A stretch of 64,000 nucleotides of DNA, from contig JAYWIR010000067.1 of the NCBI GenBank assembly GCA_036172245.1, positions 248,001 through 312,000 of the forward strand, in the 5' to 3' direction. The notes under the pieces were generated by a model that was given only the letters and a program-made list of their open reading frames with translations, was not told where the DNA came from and made no database searches. The position numbers were made by a program, and so were the translations under genes. The stretch comes from Raillietiella orientalis (taxonomy: Eukaryota). The stretch's first letter is position 1. Each line of letters begins with the position of its first letter. This document shows positions 22,601-32,249 of the stretch, one piece after another.

Positions 22601-25600
22601 TCGTGAGAGGGAGCTGGTCGGCTGGCTTCTCTGGGGCACTTTGGCGCCGCGCTCTCAGGATGGGGCCGCTGACAGTGCGAAGAGGGAACGCCGCTTACCA
22701 GGAGGAGTTTCCCGTCTGGTAAGCGGCGCCGCCGGCCCGGTTCCCCGCAGGCTCCCTAGGAAGGGTGAGGAGAGCGGACGCGAGCGACAGATCCCGCCTT
22801 TCCTCGGAGAGCAAGATGGGATCGGATGGCACCTCGCAGCCTCGGGAGCGGCGCCGTTAGCGGAGAGCGAGAGGAACGCCGGAGGTTGGCTCGTCCTTTG
22901 TGCATCCCGGATACTAGCGGAACGCTTCGAGCAGCTCCGATACGCTCGTTCCCAGGGCGATGTTCCCTGCCGCCTCTGCACCGCCGACCGCGGCCCTTTC
23001 GCGGCTGGCAGCCGACTGGGAAGAGAAGCACCGTAGGTGGCGCCGTGCCACCACCGCACCACCGCTTCCTGTGCGCCAGAGAGGTTGCCGACCTCGGTGG
23101 ACTAACGAGAGACCTGCAGCAGCAGTGGGGAAACAGCGCGCAGCACCCCGGAGAGTGGGCGCCAGAAGCACAGACTGGGGGTGTCGAAAATTCCGTCCTC
23201 GGAGTGCGCGGGACACTGCGGTGCGTGGGCATGGAATGCTCGAGGGTGCGGACGGACACTGCGTGGCGTGGATGTGGAATCTTCGAGGGCTCGGACGAGA
23301 CACTCTGGGAGGCTGGGCGCGTATTTTCGTGGGACGCCCGCATGTGGACGGGTGAAGGTTCCGGAAACTCGCGCGTCCAACAAAGTCGGCTTTTTTGAAA
23401 ACGGAGGTGCGCTTTGGGGGGTGGGGGTGGGTGGGAAAGGAAGAGGATATGAAATTCCCCTGAAGACAGATGGGAGTTTTCAATTAGAAATAATCGCGGC
23501 TCCGCACGTGTCCTCGTCCAGGCAGACGGGAGCGGAACTGTGGTCCGCCGGGGCTTCTCCTTGTGCCGCAACCTAAACGCGAGAAGCCTGCACGGATAGG
23601 CCGGAGTGAGTTCCAGCCCCACGGGCCGATGCAGGGAGCGCCCGCTGAGGCATCGACGCGGAAAGTAGGGTGCCCCAACGATAAGCAGGACTTTCCGGGG
23701 CGCGTCTGCCGCAGCAGCTGACGACATCGCATTAGGCGCTCGGGAAGGCGTGCACCCCGGAACATCCAGAAGCACTAATGAGAAGCGGAGATAAGGAGAT
23801 GCGGCCCGAGACGGACGCGCTTCCTTCCTTCCTCTTCTTTTGGCGGGGAAGGGGGGAGGCTGGGACGCAGGAGGAAAGGAGGGCTGTCCCCGAAGATTAA
23901 TCACCTGCAATCGAAGTCCATCTCGCGGAAAAAGCTCGAAGCAGAAAGTGACGGCTCCAGGGCGGGGGCGAAGGAGGGAAAGCAGGAAGCGAAGAAGGCT
24001 GGAGCGGGAGGGGACGGAGTACCGCGGAGACGAATCGGCTCTTCGGCGTGGCGACTCGTCCGGAGAAGAGAGACGCCGCAGGGCGTCCGCGGCGTGGAGC
24101 TTCCAGAGTGGCATGCTCCAGGCACCCGTGCGAGTGGAAGCTCCCGTGGGTTTCAGAGGATGGAGGATGAAGAAGGGGAAGGAAGAAGAGAAAAAACGGA
24201 TGAGGAAGGGAAAAAGAGGAGGTAAAAGGAAAAGGAGGAGAAGGCGGAAGGGAGGAGGCGGAAGGGAGAAGGACGAAGGGAGGAGGAGGAGGCTGGAATT
24301 GCCCTTCCGCTTCCCCGGGGGAATGGACTGAGCAGTGGCACTTACGAGAGCAGCGGCATCTCATCGTCTGGCCTGATCCATGGATCTTTGTTCCTTCTGC
24401 GGGAACCTCCGTGGTGCCTCTGGACAGCGACGGCAGGCTAGCATCCCGCTGGTCTCACTAGCGCTCTACCTGAAGCACAAGTAGACCGGCGCTGAGTCTC
24501 CAGGTCGACTGAAGGGAGCATGAGAGTGCGCGGGTGGTGCTGGAGGGGAAGGCGAAGAAAGGAGATAGGGGAGGCAAAAGGAAGAATAGGGGATTCTCCT
24601 TCGCCGCCAGCGAGAATCCTCACCGTCCTACGCCACCGCGCTGGGAGCACCGGAAGCCGGGCAGGGAGCGCCAAACGTTTCGCTGTTCCCATCATGCCAC
24701 GTCCCGGTGTACCGTACCGTGGGCTTTCCGTACCTCAGTGTGGCTGTGCTGCCGTGTTCCGCCGCCGCCATCCGCGCGTCTCGCTGCCGCGCTTTTGCGT
24801 TCCTTGCGCCGTCTCCATGGCGCCCTCCGCCCTCTTTTCCTCCCCAGTAGACAGGGCGAACCGCGATAGCTTCGTCCCTCCCCGCGGCCGGAGGAACGGC
24901 TTAGCGAAGGGGAGGGGCCGCCGCGCCCTTCCCCGGCGTCCGTCCGTGCCTCCCACGCCCGCGCGCGGGGGATGCTGCGAGCACTCTCAGCGTCGGCGCG
25001 GGACCCTCGCAAGCCGAGGGGCGACCCGAAAAACGACGGATGGTGGGAAGTAGGGGCAGATTGCTGCCCCACGAAGGATGTTTCCTGGAGAGCATTTCTT
25101 CGCGTCGATAGATCTTCGTCCAGTCTTCAAGGAGTCCCTCTTAACATGGCAACAGGGAACGTAAAATCACAGATACAAAAAATCACTTCTATGAAAAAGA
25201 ACCCTGGATACGTTTGGACCACGCTGGGAGAAGGAGAGGTGCGGAAGCGTTGCAAGTTTGCTGTCATGGAAACCCGTCGATTACGTGATGGCCGTTCACG
25301 GACGGGAGACATCGCTCGAGGAATCCCTATTGCAGCTTCCCGCTCCCTTCGTGGGGGAGGGGAAGGGAAAAAGGTTGGCAGATCTCCCTCGTTCGTGCCC
25401 CTGGGATGATGGAGAACCCTCGATGCGTCTTTAGAAAGGATGGGATGAGGGAACAAAGCGTCAGATTTTCCAGCCACCCTTTTCTCTCTCTCTGCCTTTC
25501 GCCCGGACCGAAACGCGCTGCTTCGAGGCGAGTGCGCAGGCGCGCCGCACGGGGTACACCCTCGTGGGGTCGACCACTGCGCATCCGAGAGAGTGGCCGC

Positions 25601-28113
25601 CGAACGGGACGCACAGCGGACGTCTTTAATCTTTCGGCGTGATGGCCTCTTCATCCCTCCTTCTCTTCCTCCTTCCCTCGTTGCCCTCCTCCAAACCCAG
25701 GGGAGCTCGCGGTCGCACGGGTGCTTGGAACGTGACACTCCGGCAGCTCCACTCTCCTCCGGGCTAGTCGCCTCCCGTGGGCGCTCGCGGCTTCCGGCTG
25801 CGTCGGATGGACCCGTCGCTGTGCCAGAGGGCACCCTTCGGACTGGAAGGGAAGGGAGGGGAAGGGAGAGCGGGGGAGCAGATGGGTGCGCGCGGAGACA
25901 GGGAGGCCCCCTTGCTAGGAGTCAGAAGCGAGCGTGGGTCGATCTCGCTCTTTCTCTGTTCCCTCTGCTTCCCCTGCTCAACACCCTCCGGCGTTCCGAC
26001 AGAGGTGAGGCGGGAGGAGGGGACAACGACTGCAATGGTCTCCGCCCTTCTCGGTGCAGCTGGACACGGAGGAGGAGCTGTAGACCTCCCTCCACAAGCA
26101 GGGTGGCGGGGGCCGAACGGTCATGAGAGTCGGGGAGGGAGAGGCGCAGGCTGGAAAGAGTGAGGAACTGGCCGCGCCCGAGAGGAAGAAGCCGAGGAGC
26201 AAGGGGTGCCATCTTTGCGTCATCCACAGCAAAGAAAATTATCTCCCTTCCCTCCCCAAGCACGCGCGCTAGCGCGCGCGTCCTCAGGGAGATGTCCATG
26301 CCGTGCGGGGAGCACACTCGTCAGCCCCGCATCCCCTTCTTGCCGGAGAAGGAGCCGCAATCGGTCGCATTCTCGGCTGAAGCCTGTGGCCTAGCCGGAG
26401 TGTCGCTTCTGACAGAGGAAGCGGTAGGAGACTCCGAGAGTCACCTGCTCTCCTCCCTACCCAATATCCCCTTCCCTACGGTGATCCGGGCTGGCAGTAG
26501 TGCGCCCTTCTCTTCCTGCAGCTCCCGGAGCAGGTGCCAATGGATAGAGGGATTCCCATCGCCACTCCGGACTGTCCCTGGACGGTACTGCTCTTCCCTC
26601 CGCGGCGAACCTCGCGCCAGGTCATCAAACTTGCAGCGGACGCGGCGTGCGGTCCCTCGAGCGAAAGCGATGGGTCCCTCCCTAGGAGGAATCCTTCCTT
26701 CTTAATTATTCCATCGAGGAGGCGACCGGCCCGCCATGGAGCCGCCGTCGGCACCGTCCAGCCGGGGATCCTGACGCAGGGATAGGAAGGGGGCATTCCC
26801 GCCAGCCAGCCGAGAGGGCGCGGGCCGCGCCGCCTCCGCCCGCCGTCGCTCCCCGCTTCGCCCTCGCTCTTCGCCCGCCGGGAGTCCTCCCTGCTCCGGG
26901 AATCGATTCCGGGATTCCTCGCTGGCTTCTTCCCCCCGCGATTTCGTCCGATTGCTTCCGGGAAGCGGCCTCAATTTCCTGTCCGTTTCTCCCCCTTCTC
27001 GCTGCGCCCTCTCCCGGCGCAGCGGGCGGCCTCGGAGCCTCGCCCCCTCCCGCCCTCCTTCCTCGTGGGCGCCGCTTCGCGCCAGTCTTTCCGTCACGAG
27101 AGCGCGCGCACGGAGGGCCGAGCCTCGGCCCGCCGAGCTCCCGGAGCGCGGCCGAAGAGCGGCCCGGCGCCCACGCTCTTCCCCGTCGGCCGCCCACGCG
27201 GGGTCGCCGTTTCCTCTGCCGCGGCGCATCCCCACGGCAGGCGGAGGGATGGGGACGATCCCACGCACCCGAGGCACAGAAGAGCGGAGACCGCATCCGG
27301 AGGCCCGACCGGCAAGCGGGCCCTTGCCTCCGGGCCCCCGAGGCGGGGCTGGTGTTGCCCCGGAGGCAGCCTCCATCCTGCTTTCCGGTGCGGAGCAGTG
27401 CCGAATAACCGGGTTGCCCCTACTGGCGAGGCCGCGAGGGCGCTCCTTCCGGTATCGGGAGAGACCCCTCTGCCCGAAGTCATCAGCGTCGGTCATCCCA
27501 TGCGAACGCAATCCAATCAGCCAGAGCGCCCCCTCCCGCTCCACTCGGCAAGCGATCCGGGAAATGGTCCCGCGGGCCGCGAAAGCAAATCGAGCGCGGC
27601 CCCGGACAGCTCGCCGTCCAAGCGGGCTCGTGGGGAATCCCCCTTGGCAGACGCGCCCACGCTTCGCGCTCCCCATCTCTCCGCCTCTTCGCAGAGAAAA
27701 TGATTACTGCACCGCCCCTCGGGGTCGCCTCGCGACAGCGGTGGTAGCGAGGTGGCCAGGGAACCGCTAACTCCAGAGGCCTCAGGGTGCAAGCTGAAGG
27801 AACCTTCCCTCTCCGGAAGAAGGGATCTGGACTCGGTTGCGCCTCGCGCACCTCGCTGACTGTTTCTGGGGGGGAGTAGGAGCGAGAGGAAGGGAGGCGA
27901 AGGAAGAGAAGAAGGTGAGGAAAGGAAGAAGGTGGAGAAGAGGAGGAGGAGAGGGAGGAAAGGAGACGTGACGAGGAGGAAGAAAAGAAGATAGGAGGAG
28001 AAGAGTAAGGAGGGAGGTGGAGGAGAGAGGGGGGATTTCACGAACTCCAGGAGCAGCAATCCACGTCAGCAGGAGCCCCCAACTCACTGCCATAAATTCC
28101 CAGCCGGAGTCAT
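4821..28113 (-). CDS. Sidestep-family (nephrin-like) immunoglobulin-superfamily gene, multi-exon. Core join: 28113-28088, 20907-20795, 20300-20165, 12015-11810, 9316-9206, 8704-8501, 8276-8131, 8030-7881 (363 aa). Longer path via GC donor at 7889: 7080-6944, 6620-6455, 5300-5004, 4834-4821 (565 aa).
   Basis: All core exons are phase-compatible with AG acceptors and GT donors. The product shows a signal peptide, a V-set Ig (LPC..LLWYK..PIY / DSGIYVCRLDF), a second Ig (IGPLDEDSSLGLVCEV.GHPKPTVVW..TCIASNNNL) and a third Ig (CKTYGSLPPAKITWW..TCRAENP). These motifs are typical of Drosophila Sidestep-family proteins. Confidence 0.85.
5004..5300 (-). CDS. Side-like gene, degenerate fibronectin type III exon
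   Basis: Acceptor gtccttctAG, donor GTGGGT, 297 nt, phase 1-1, open. SCSMTVSAVGLDVACGGDHDGELP...LLPG resembles the Side FN3 motif NC...SLxVxCxxGxDGGLP...LxPG. Confidence 0.6.
5500..5887 (+). repeat. Unclassified dispersed repeat family A, copy 2 (longest)
   Basis: The 5' half matches 12200-12400 (ccgcacgcctgcgaggc...cgccgtctcc.cggacac...tcgtcggcagcgctg...ggatcaccgg). The 3' half matches 3800-3990. Confidence 0.7.
5979..6130 (-). pseudogene. Relic Ig5 second-half exon of the Side-like gene (frame-incompatible)
   Basis: Acceptor ctctccccgcAG, donor GTGAGT. The phase-0 reading SVAHVLPRAWSSC...GETCASPACL resembles Side Ig5 (SxAxYxP...C...GxQxxPC). At 152 nt it ends in phase 2, while the FN3 exon needs phase 1. 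Confidence 0.4.
6272..6372 (-). pseudogene. Relic Ig5 first-half exon of the Side-like gene (in-frame stop)
   Basis: Acceptor ccccccttccAG, donor GTGAGC, phase 1-0 as expected for an Ig first half, but with an in-frame TAG at 6329-6331. Confidence 0.35.
6455..6620 (-). CDS. Side-like gene, degenerate Ig4 second-half exon
   Basis: Acceptor actcccctccAG, donor G|GTGAGT, 166 nt, phase 0-1, open. SSLLWRFRPGEQSCLLEGADG recalls the Ig GxYxC strand. Confidence 0.5.
6944..7080 (-). CDS. Side-like gene, Ig4 first-half exon
   Basis: Acceptor ccgtctctccctctAG, donor GTGAGT, 137 nt, phase 1-0. LRLHCVVSGKPTDSVVTWKRSD has the Ig Cys...P...Trp spacing. Confidence 0.7.
7881..8030 (-). CDS. Side-like gene, Ig3 second-half exon (ends at TAG 7881, or splices at GC donor after 7889)
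   Basis: Acceptor ctctgcttcAG, phase 0. VRDDGNTVGVLLL...QVTCRAENPLMDGSALESLW matches the Side motif DGNxTxSxL...LxCRAENP..xSALEDxW. Confidence 0.9.
   Translation of the reverse strand: MRDDGNTVGVLLLRDEDDLPGGQVTCRAENPLMDGSALESLWMPDAPSK
8131..8276 (-). CDS. Side-like gene, Ig3 first-half exon
   Basis: Acceptor ctctcccccttccAG, phase 1-0. LKPRAVEV...LACKTYGSLPPAKITWW. Donor GTTAAGT. Confidence 0.9.
8501..8704 (-). CDS. Side-like gene, Ig2 second-half exon (not called in the ORF track in this frame)
   Basis: Acceptor tgcgctgcAG, donor GTGAGT, 204 nt, phase 1-1. GHPKPTVVWKKGDVIADKTYYVVNETTTKNDLFIERLTREVVNEEVTCIASNNNLTAARSASLRIKLN. Confidence 0.95.
9206..9316 (-). CDS. Side-like gene, Ig2 first-half exon
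   Basis: Acceptor cctctctccccAG, donor GTCGGT, 111 nt, phase 1-1. PVIRTKDGRKTNGTIGPLDEDSSLGLVCEVYD. Confidence 0.92.
11810..12015 (-). CDS. Side-like gene, Ig1 (V-set) second-half exon
   Basis: Acceptor ggtttccctAG, donor GTAGGT, 206 nt, phase 2-1. MDLRN...RARV...MIIRNVTVEDSGIYVCRLDFLSIPTQYSEVRLDVI. Confidence 0.95.
12200..12400 (+). repeat. Unclassified dispersed repeat family A, copy 3
   Basis: Colinear similarity to 5500-5700. Confidence 0.65.
13538..13628. repeat. (AG)n microsatellite, about 45 units
   Basis: Perfect AG dinucleotide run. Confidence 0.98.
13907..14259. repeat. 94-bp minisatellite, about 3.7 near-identical copies
   Basis: atgacgcaacaacggggactctgctcg recurs at 13921, 14015, 14109 and 14203 (period 94). 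Confidence 0.97.
16725..16940 (-). mobile_element. Inverted partial copy of the 46-bp-repeat element
   Basis: The reverse complement contains gtggacgtggaatgttcga and gtggacgtggactgtt, matching 21341-21540. Confidence 0.55.
17995..18163 (+). mobile_element. tRNA-derived SINE, copy 1
   Basis: A-box-like TTGCGCAGCGG (about 18002) and B box GGTTCGAATCC (18046-18056). The body gggtttcgggtacccccgcag...ttggcct...gtgcggcactgg is shared with 45830-45945 and 61850-61998. Confidence 0.75.
18165..18500 (-). mobile_element. Internal ORF2 fragment of the Tx1/L1-clade LINE family
   Basis: EGNRLLDCWK matches EGNWLLDSWK at about 44985-45020 and RLLDSWK at about 61770. Confidence 0.6.
20165..20300 (-). CDS. 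Side-like gene, Ig1 (V-set) first-half exon (absent from the ORF track)
   Basis: Acceptor ctgcgtttcAG, donor GTAAGC, 136 nt, phase 1-2. ALTSNVVVLAGQDCSLPCPRMDAASRKLASVLLWYKEGHSIPIY. Confidence 0.93.
20795..20907 (-). CDS. Side-like gene, signal-peptide exon
   Basis: Acceptor cttcttttcccttgcAG, donor GTAAGT, 113 nt, phase 2-1. Hydrophobic LLAFFVRLDVLCSVLLLW. Confidence 0.85.
21341..21701 (+). mobile_element. Non-autonomous Helitron/Helentron-like element: 46-bp internal tandem repeat plus subterminal GC-rich hairpin
   Basis: Units agtgcgtggc(g/a)tggacgtggaa start at 21381, 21427, 21473 and 21519. Hairpin at 21642-21677. The tail is duplicated at 22561-22730. Confidence 0.6.
22561..22760 (+). 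mobile_element. Second (5'-truncated) copy of the same element
   Basis: About 170 bp colinear with 21511-21680. 13-bp perfect stem at 22689-22701/22716-22728. Confidence 0.65.
23200..23310 (+). repeat. Diverged units of the 46-bp repeat
   Basis: gcgtgggcatggaatgctcgagggtgcggacg and ctgcgtggcgtggatgtggaatcttcgagggctcggacgag. Confidence 0.55.
24160..24295. repeat. Polypurine (GA-rich) low-complexity tract
   Basis: Almost exclusively A/G on the plus strand. Confidence 0.85.
27878..28034. repeat. Polypurine (GA-rich) low-complexity tract at the start of intron 1
   Basis: Almost exclusively A/G on the plus strand, i.e. pyrimidine-rich on the gene's sense strand. Confidence 0.85.
28088..28113 (-). 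CDS. Side-like gene, probable first coding exon (MTPAGNLW+CA)
   Basis: ATG with A at -3, perfect donor GTGAGT in phase 2 matching the next exon (CA|G = Gln). No upstream ATG on this strand for over 500 nt. Confidence 0.65.
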
Positions 28114-28611
28114 GCTTAGCCCAAAATTAATTTCGAATCCGGCAAAACAAGTGGGAGGGGAGACCTCGTATCTACGGGGCGGACCGCCCTCGCCGCTTGC
28201 AGCCTCCTCTCAGATGCCGATGCCGCGGCGGGTCTTCCTGTCAGCGCCGGAAGACGATGGATTCGTGGCTACGCTCGTCTCCCTTGGAGCGGAAAGGGAT
28301 GGCTTCCTTCGCTCCAGGAGTCCCCCCTTCGGCTGCTGGGCGCGGTCAGCGCGACGAGCGGATGCTGCCCGAACTTCTTCCACGGACTCTCCAAGGACTA
28401 TGCGCTCGTGCGTCCGTCCGTCCACCCGCCCGCGCCTTCCTTCCTCCCTTGTCCTCTTCCTCCCCCTTCCTGCGCCCGAATTCCCGAACGCACGCCCGCA
28501 CCGAGGTTCTTCGGATGAACCGCCGTGAGCCGCAGCTTCCGGCCTGACGGGAGGGTGAGGACCGTCGGGCTGCAAGCCGCGTACACCCCTCCCGATCCTG
28601 CACTGCCGCTT

Positions 28612-28620
28612 TTACTGAGA
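28612..28620 (-). promoter_or_regulatory. Candidate arthropod Initiator (TCAGT) / TSS at about 28616
   Basis: TCTCAGTAA on the minus strand, at the upstream end of the ATG-free leader (28114-28645). A short motif, so weak on its own. Confidence 0.3.
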
Positions 28621-28899
28621 GTGCTGCTTCCTCTTCCCCTCTGCTCATCCTCCTCCTTTATCCCTTACCCTTCCGGCTTCTTGAACGTTGACTCTCCTCC
28701 TGTCCGATGCGCCTCTGGGAAAGTTGAGGAGAGGGGAAAGGTGCCCCAGAATGGTTTCACTGGAAGCGACCGCTGAGGGAAAGAAAACCCACGCGCACGC
28801 ACGCGCAAAAAAAAAAGCTCACTCCTCACTCCATGCAGGGATAGAACGGAGCCAAAGAGGAACGATCGTTGCGGACGTTTGGTAAATGGTTCGTCGGAA

Positions 28900-29560
28900 C
28901 TGCCGATGGGGATGCGAGGAGAGACCTGTTCCCTGCAACTTTCGCGCTCCTCTCAAGGAACGCATGGGACTCGTTCACGGAGTGGACCTGTAGCTCCCTG
29001 CAAAGAGGAGGAGAAGCAGAGAGACGGAGGAGGAGGAAAAGCGAAGAGGAGCCTGCAAGGTTGGCTAGGGTGCTTCCTTCTAATCTCTTTCTGCATCAGC
29101 TTCCTGTCAGGGAACGAGACGGAGAACAGGCATTCACCCCATGGGTCAAACTGATCTCCTGAGCCTACTTCGAGAGGTCAAGGAAGTAGATGAGCAAATG
29201 GGCAAGAGAAGAGGGGTATAAGGGGGGTTTCCAGATGCCGGTTCAAAGCAAAGTGGTGAGCACCGACATCCGCGGCTCCTGCACTCGGGTCCACCTGCCA
29301 AGACGTAGCGATCCGGGAACACATCTGGCCGCTGCAGCCAACGCTACCTTCTACCTCCCAGCGTGGAGGACAAGCTCCAGGTCCAAGTTTGTGCGCCGGG
29401 GTGTGCGAGTGCTAACACTCACCTCTTGTGCGGAATCTGGTAGTTTCTCGTCGTCTCGCTTCCCAGGCATCGTCAGCATCCTGTCCGAGGATAATGAATT
29501 CGCTTCCCCTGAGAATCGCCTTCCGGAAATCCATCCGCTGTCCTCAGAGCCTGCATCCCT
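28900..29560 (-). mobile_element. Decayed non-LTR retrotransposon RT fragment
   Basis: QDADDA (about 29465-29485) resembles QYADD. Downstream remnants are broken by stops. Confidence 0.35.
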
Positions 29561-30213
29561 CTGCCGTGCAAAACCACTTTCCAGTCTCCGCATCGTTCTA
29601 CTTTCCGTCTTTTTTCCCTTCCTGTCTTCGTCGTCCTTCTCTTTCCTCCTCTTCTTCCCTTCCTCCCCTGGGGAGGAGGCCTGGAGGTGTGCAATCAGCA
29701 GCAGCCCGGCGGAATGCTCGTTGCCACGGCGGCTCCACCCGCACGCATCTGCGCCAAGCGTGCCGCAGCAACGCGCGAGGAGAGCACGGCATGCGCGTGA
29801 CGCCGGAATAGGCGTGAGCCACTCGGAAAGCGGCAGGGCACCACCGTCACCAGCGAGAACCCCTGGTGGCGAGGCATGGTCAGACTCTGCACCGCTCGTT
29901 GAGGAATGGTCGCGAAGGCGGCTCAGAGGGAGCCAGTCGCCTCAGGGAACTTTGACTGTCACCTGCGGACAACGTGGACCACGAGTGATGAATTCCTCTC
30001 CCGTCTTCACGTTCACTTCCCATTTCTGCTCCTCTCCCAAGGAAGAACCACCGAGCCCCTAAGAACGACGGCAGCTCCCTGAGGTGTGGGAAGGTCGTGG
30101 GGTGGCGGAGGAAAGCAGAAAAACATCAAAGATATTTGGCGAAGACGGGAAGAAGAAGAAGTTCTGCGATTCTTTCCTCCTATGGATGCAAGCCGATTCC
30201 CGTCTCCACGTAT

Positions 30214-30242
30214 CACACACACACACACACACACATACACAC
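30214..30242. repeat. (CA)n microsatellite
   Basis: Direct observation, one interruption. Confidence 0.95.
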
Positions 30243-32249
30243 GAAGTCAGCTTACCGCTCGCGGAGTACCAAAACCCATGCCTGCAGGATAAAAACAGTG
30301 GAAAGTCTTTCCCAGGACCGTTCCTTCGCGTGAGAGCGTCTGCGTGTGTCTTCTCTCCTGCTTTTATCGCAAGCCGCACCTATGCACACTTCCCTCCCAG
30401 GGAATGCCGCACTTTGACTGTTGTGGAGAAGGCACGGGCACGAAACGAACCTCCGGGCGCGCACGCGCATGCTCCCCACGAGCGAGCAGATGAATGCTGC
30501 ATCACCACGATTCATACGCAATGCATCACTCGGATCGTGGTCGCCGACAGTTCTGAAGGGAACGCGAGTCCGCGCGCTGCCTGATCCGTGAGGGCATCCG
30601 GATGCCCCTCCGTGTTTTCCCCAATCATCTGACGGTCGGTTGCGCTCCTTCCCTGCTCCTTCATCCCTTTCCTTTTTCCCTCGTTTACTCCAGCCTGCAG
30701 CAAGATGGAGGATCTTTCAACAACCCTGAAGAATGAGGCTCTGCCGAAAACGTTGTCGAAGGTTCGACACGCAACATCTGGTCGCTGATTTGTTTCAGCG
30801 GCTCCGGGAAGAATGGAGTGTCCCTGGACCATCGTTCCCGTAATTGCATAAGGTTGGCTTTCGAAATTGCAAGTTCCATCCGTCGCAAAAGGGAGGAAAG
30901 GGATGGAAGAACCAGAGCAACCGATTGCATTTTCTTCCATTCTTCCCCTTCTCCTTCTTCTTCTTGCACCCGTGCCCGCGCGCACGGAACCGGACGCCGA
31001 ATTCCCTTGAATTTCTTCGCGGTTTTCCAGGTGTCGTGGCGTCGGCAAAACGCGCCGGGATTCGCGCCGCTCCAGCAAGCCTACGCGGGACGCGCGGGTC
31101 CTGCGCGGGAAATGGGATGGGCCGCCCAGGGCATGGCAACCCCCGGGCTCGACCCAGGCGCTTCCCGGCGCGTGCGTTCCGTCTCTCATCGGGAATGCGC
31201 TCCGGAGGAGCAGATTGCTCGTGAAGCTTCGCAAGCGCGTCCACCAAACCTTGGGGGTGCCTTCCGAACGAGGTAAGAGGATGCTCTTTTTTTTTTGTTG
31301 TTGTGTGTGTTTTGGTGAGCCGAAGGAAGGAGGAGCTCGTCGCAGCGGCAAGCAGAGAGGGGCCGTCCGTTCCCAAGACGGAGTCTGTAAAAAGCACAAT
31401 GGCCGTGCGCCTTCCACCGGGGACTCTGGTGAATCGCGTCTTCACCTTCAGCTGTGTGCTTTTGTTCCGCTTCTTTCCTGTTATTTGGGTTAACCGTTAT
31501 TTGCTCATTCTCGCTCCTATCGTGGACCAAGATCTCAGAATCATTGCCTAATAAAATGCGTTCCCTTCATAATCAGGCCGGTATTCCAGGGAGATTACTC
31601 GTTTTAAACAAACCCGCGTTGAGTTGTGTTTTTCGCAGTGTTTCCGCTATCTTTCTAATGATTTTTTCCCAGAAAGCAAAAGAGGCCGAAACAAATGACA
31701 ACCCAGCACGCGCAGCTCTGGGGAGAGGCGGAGGAAGGAGGGGCTGCTCCCGAATTCAGAATTTCTCTTTCCGCTGCGAGCTTTCCCGATTGGGGATGTG
31801 AAGGGTCGTGCTGTGGCCCGGCGTGCGACTGCTTGACTCCGACAGGTGTCGCGCCGCTTGCCACGCCCGCCATCTGCGCGCAGGCGCGCGTCACTCGGCC
31901 CCGTATTCCTTGTTCCAGGTCTCGTTCCTGCGGCCGTCCCACGTGCTGGGAAACCACAGGAACGCAGAGCGCTCAGTTGCGAAAGGAACCGGTCCGAAAA
32001 ATTAGCCACATTCGAACGGGAGGCAAACCATGAATGAAGTGCTTTTCTGCGACATCGTCGCCTCCTCCCTACAAGTCGCACTTAATTTTCCGTCGGGCGA
32101 TTCCCCCTTCCGGTGCCGAAAGGGAACGGATGAGGCCGGCGTTGACTCCGTTTCCAATCATCCGAGACTGATTGGAAAACAGCGGTTGTGTTCTCGAAGA
32201 AGAAGCCTCTTTGGAAGATGGACCGCTCCTTCGATCTGTGGAAGCTCTG

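Noticed and set aside
22756..27770. Several 250-450 aa ORFs on both strands
   Set aside because: Stop-codon scarcity in GC-rich intronic DNA. They overlap in multiple frames and show no motifs.
27782..28093. ORF MAVSWGLLLTWIAAPG... as the signal-peptide start
   Set aside because: It reads through the GTGAGT donor into a low-complexity tract, and at that donor it is phase 0, incompatible with the phase-2 next exon. The ATG at 28113 fits.
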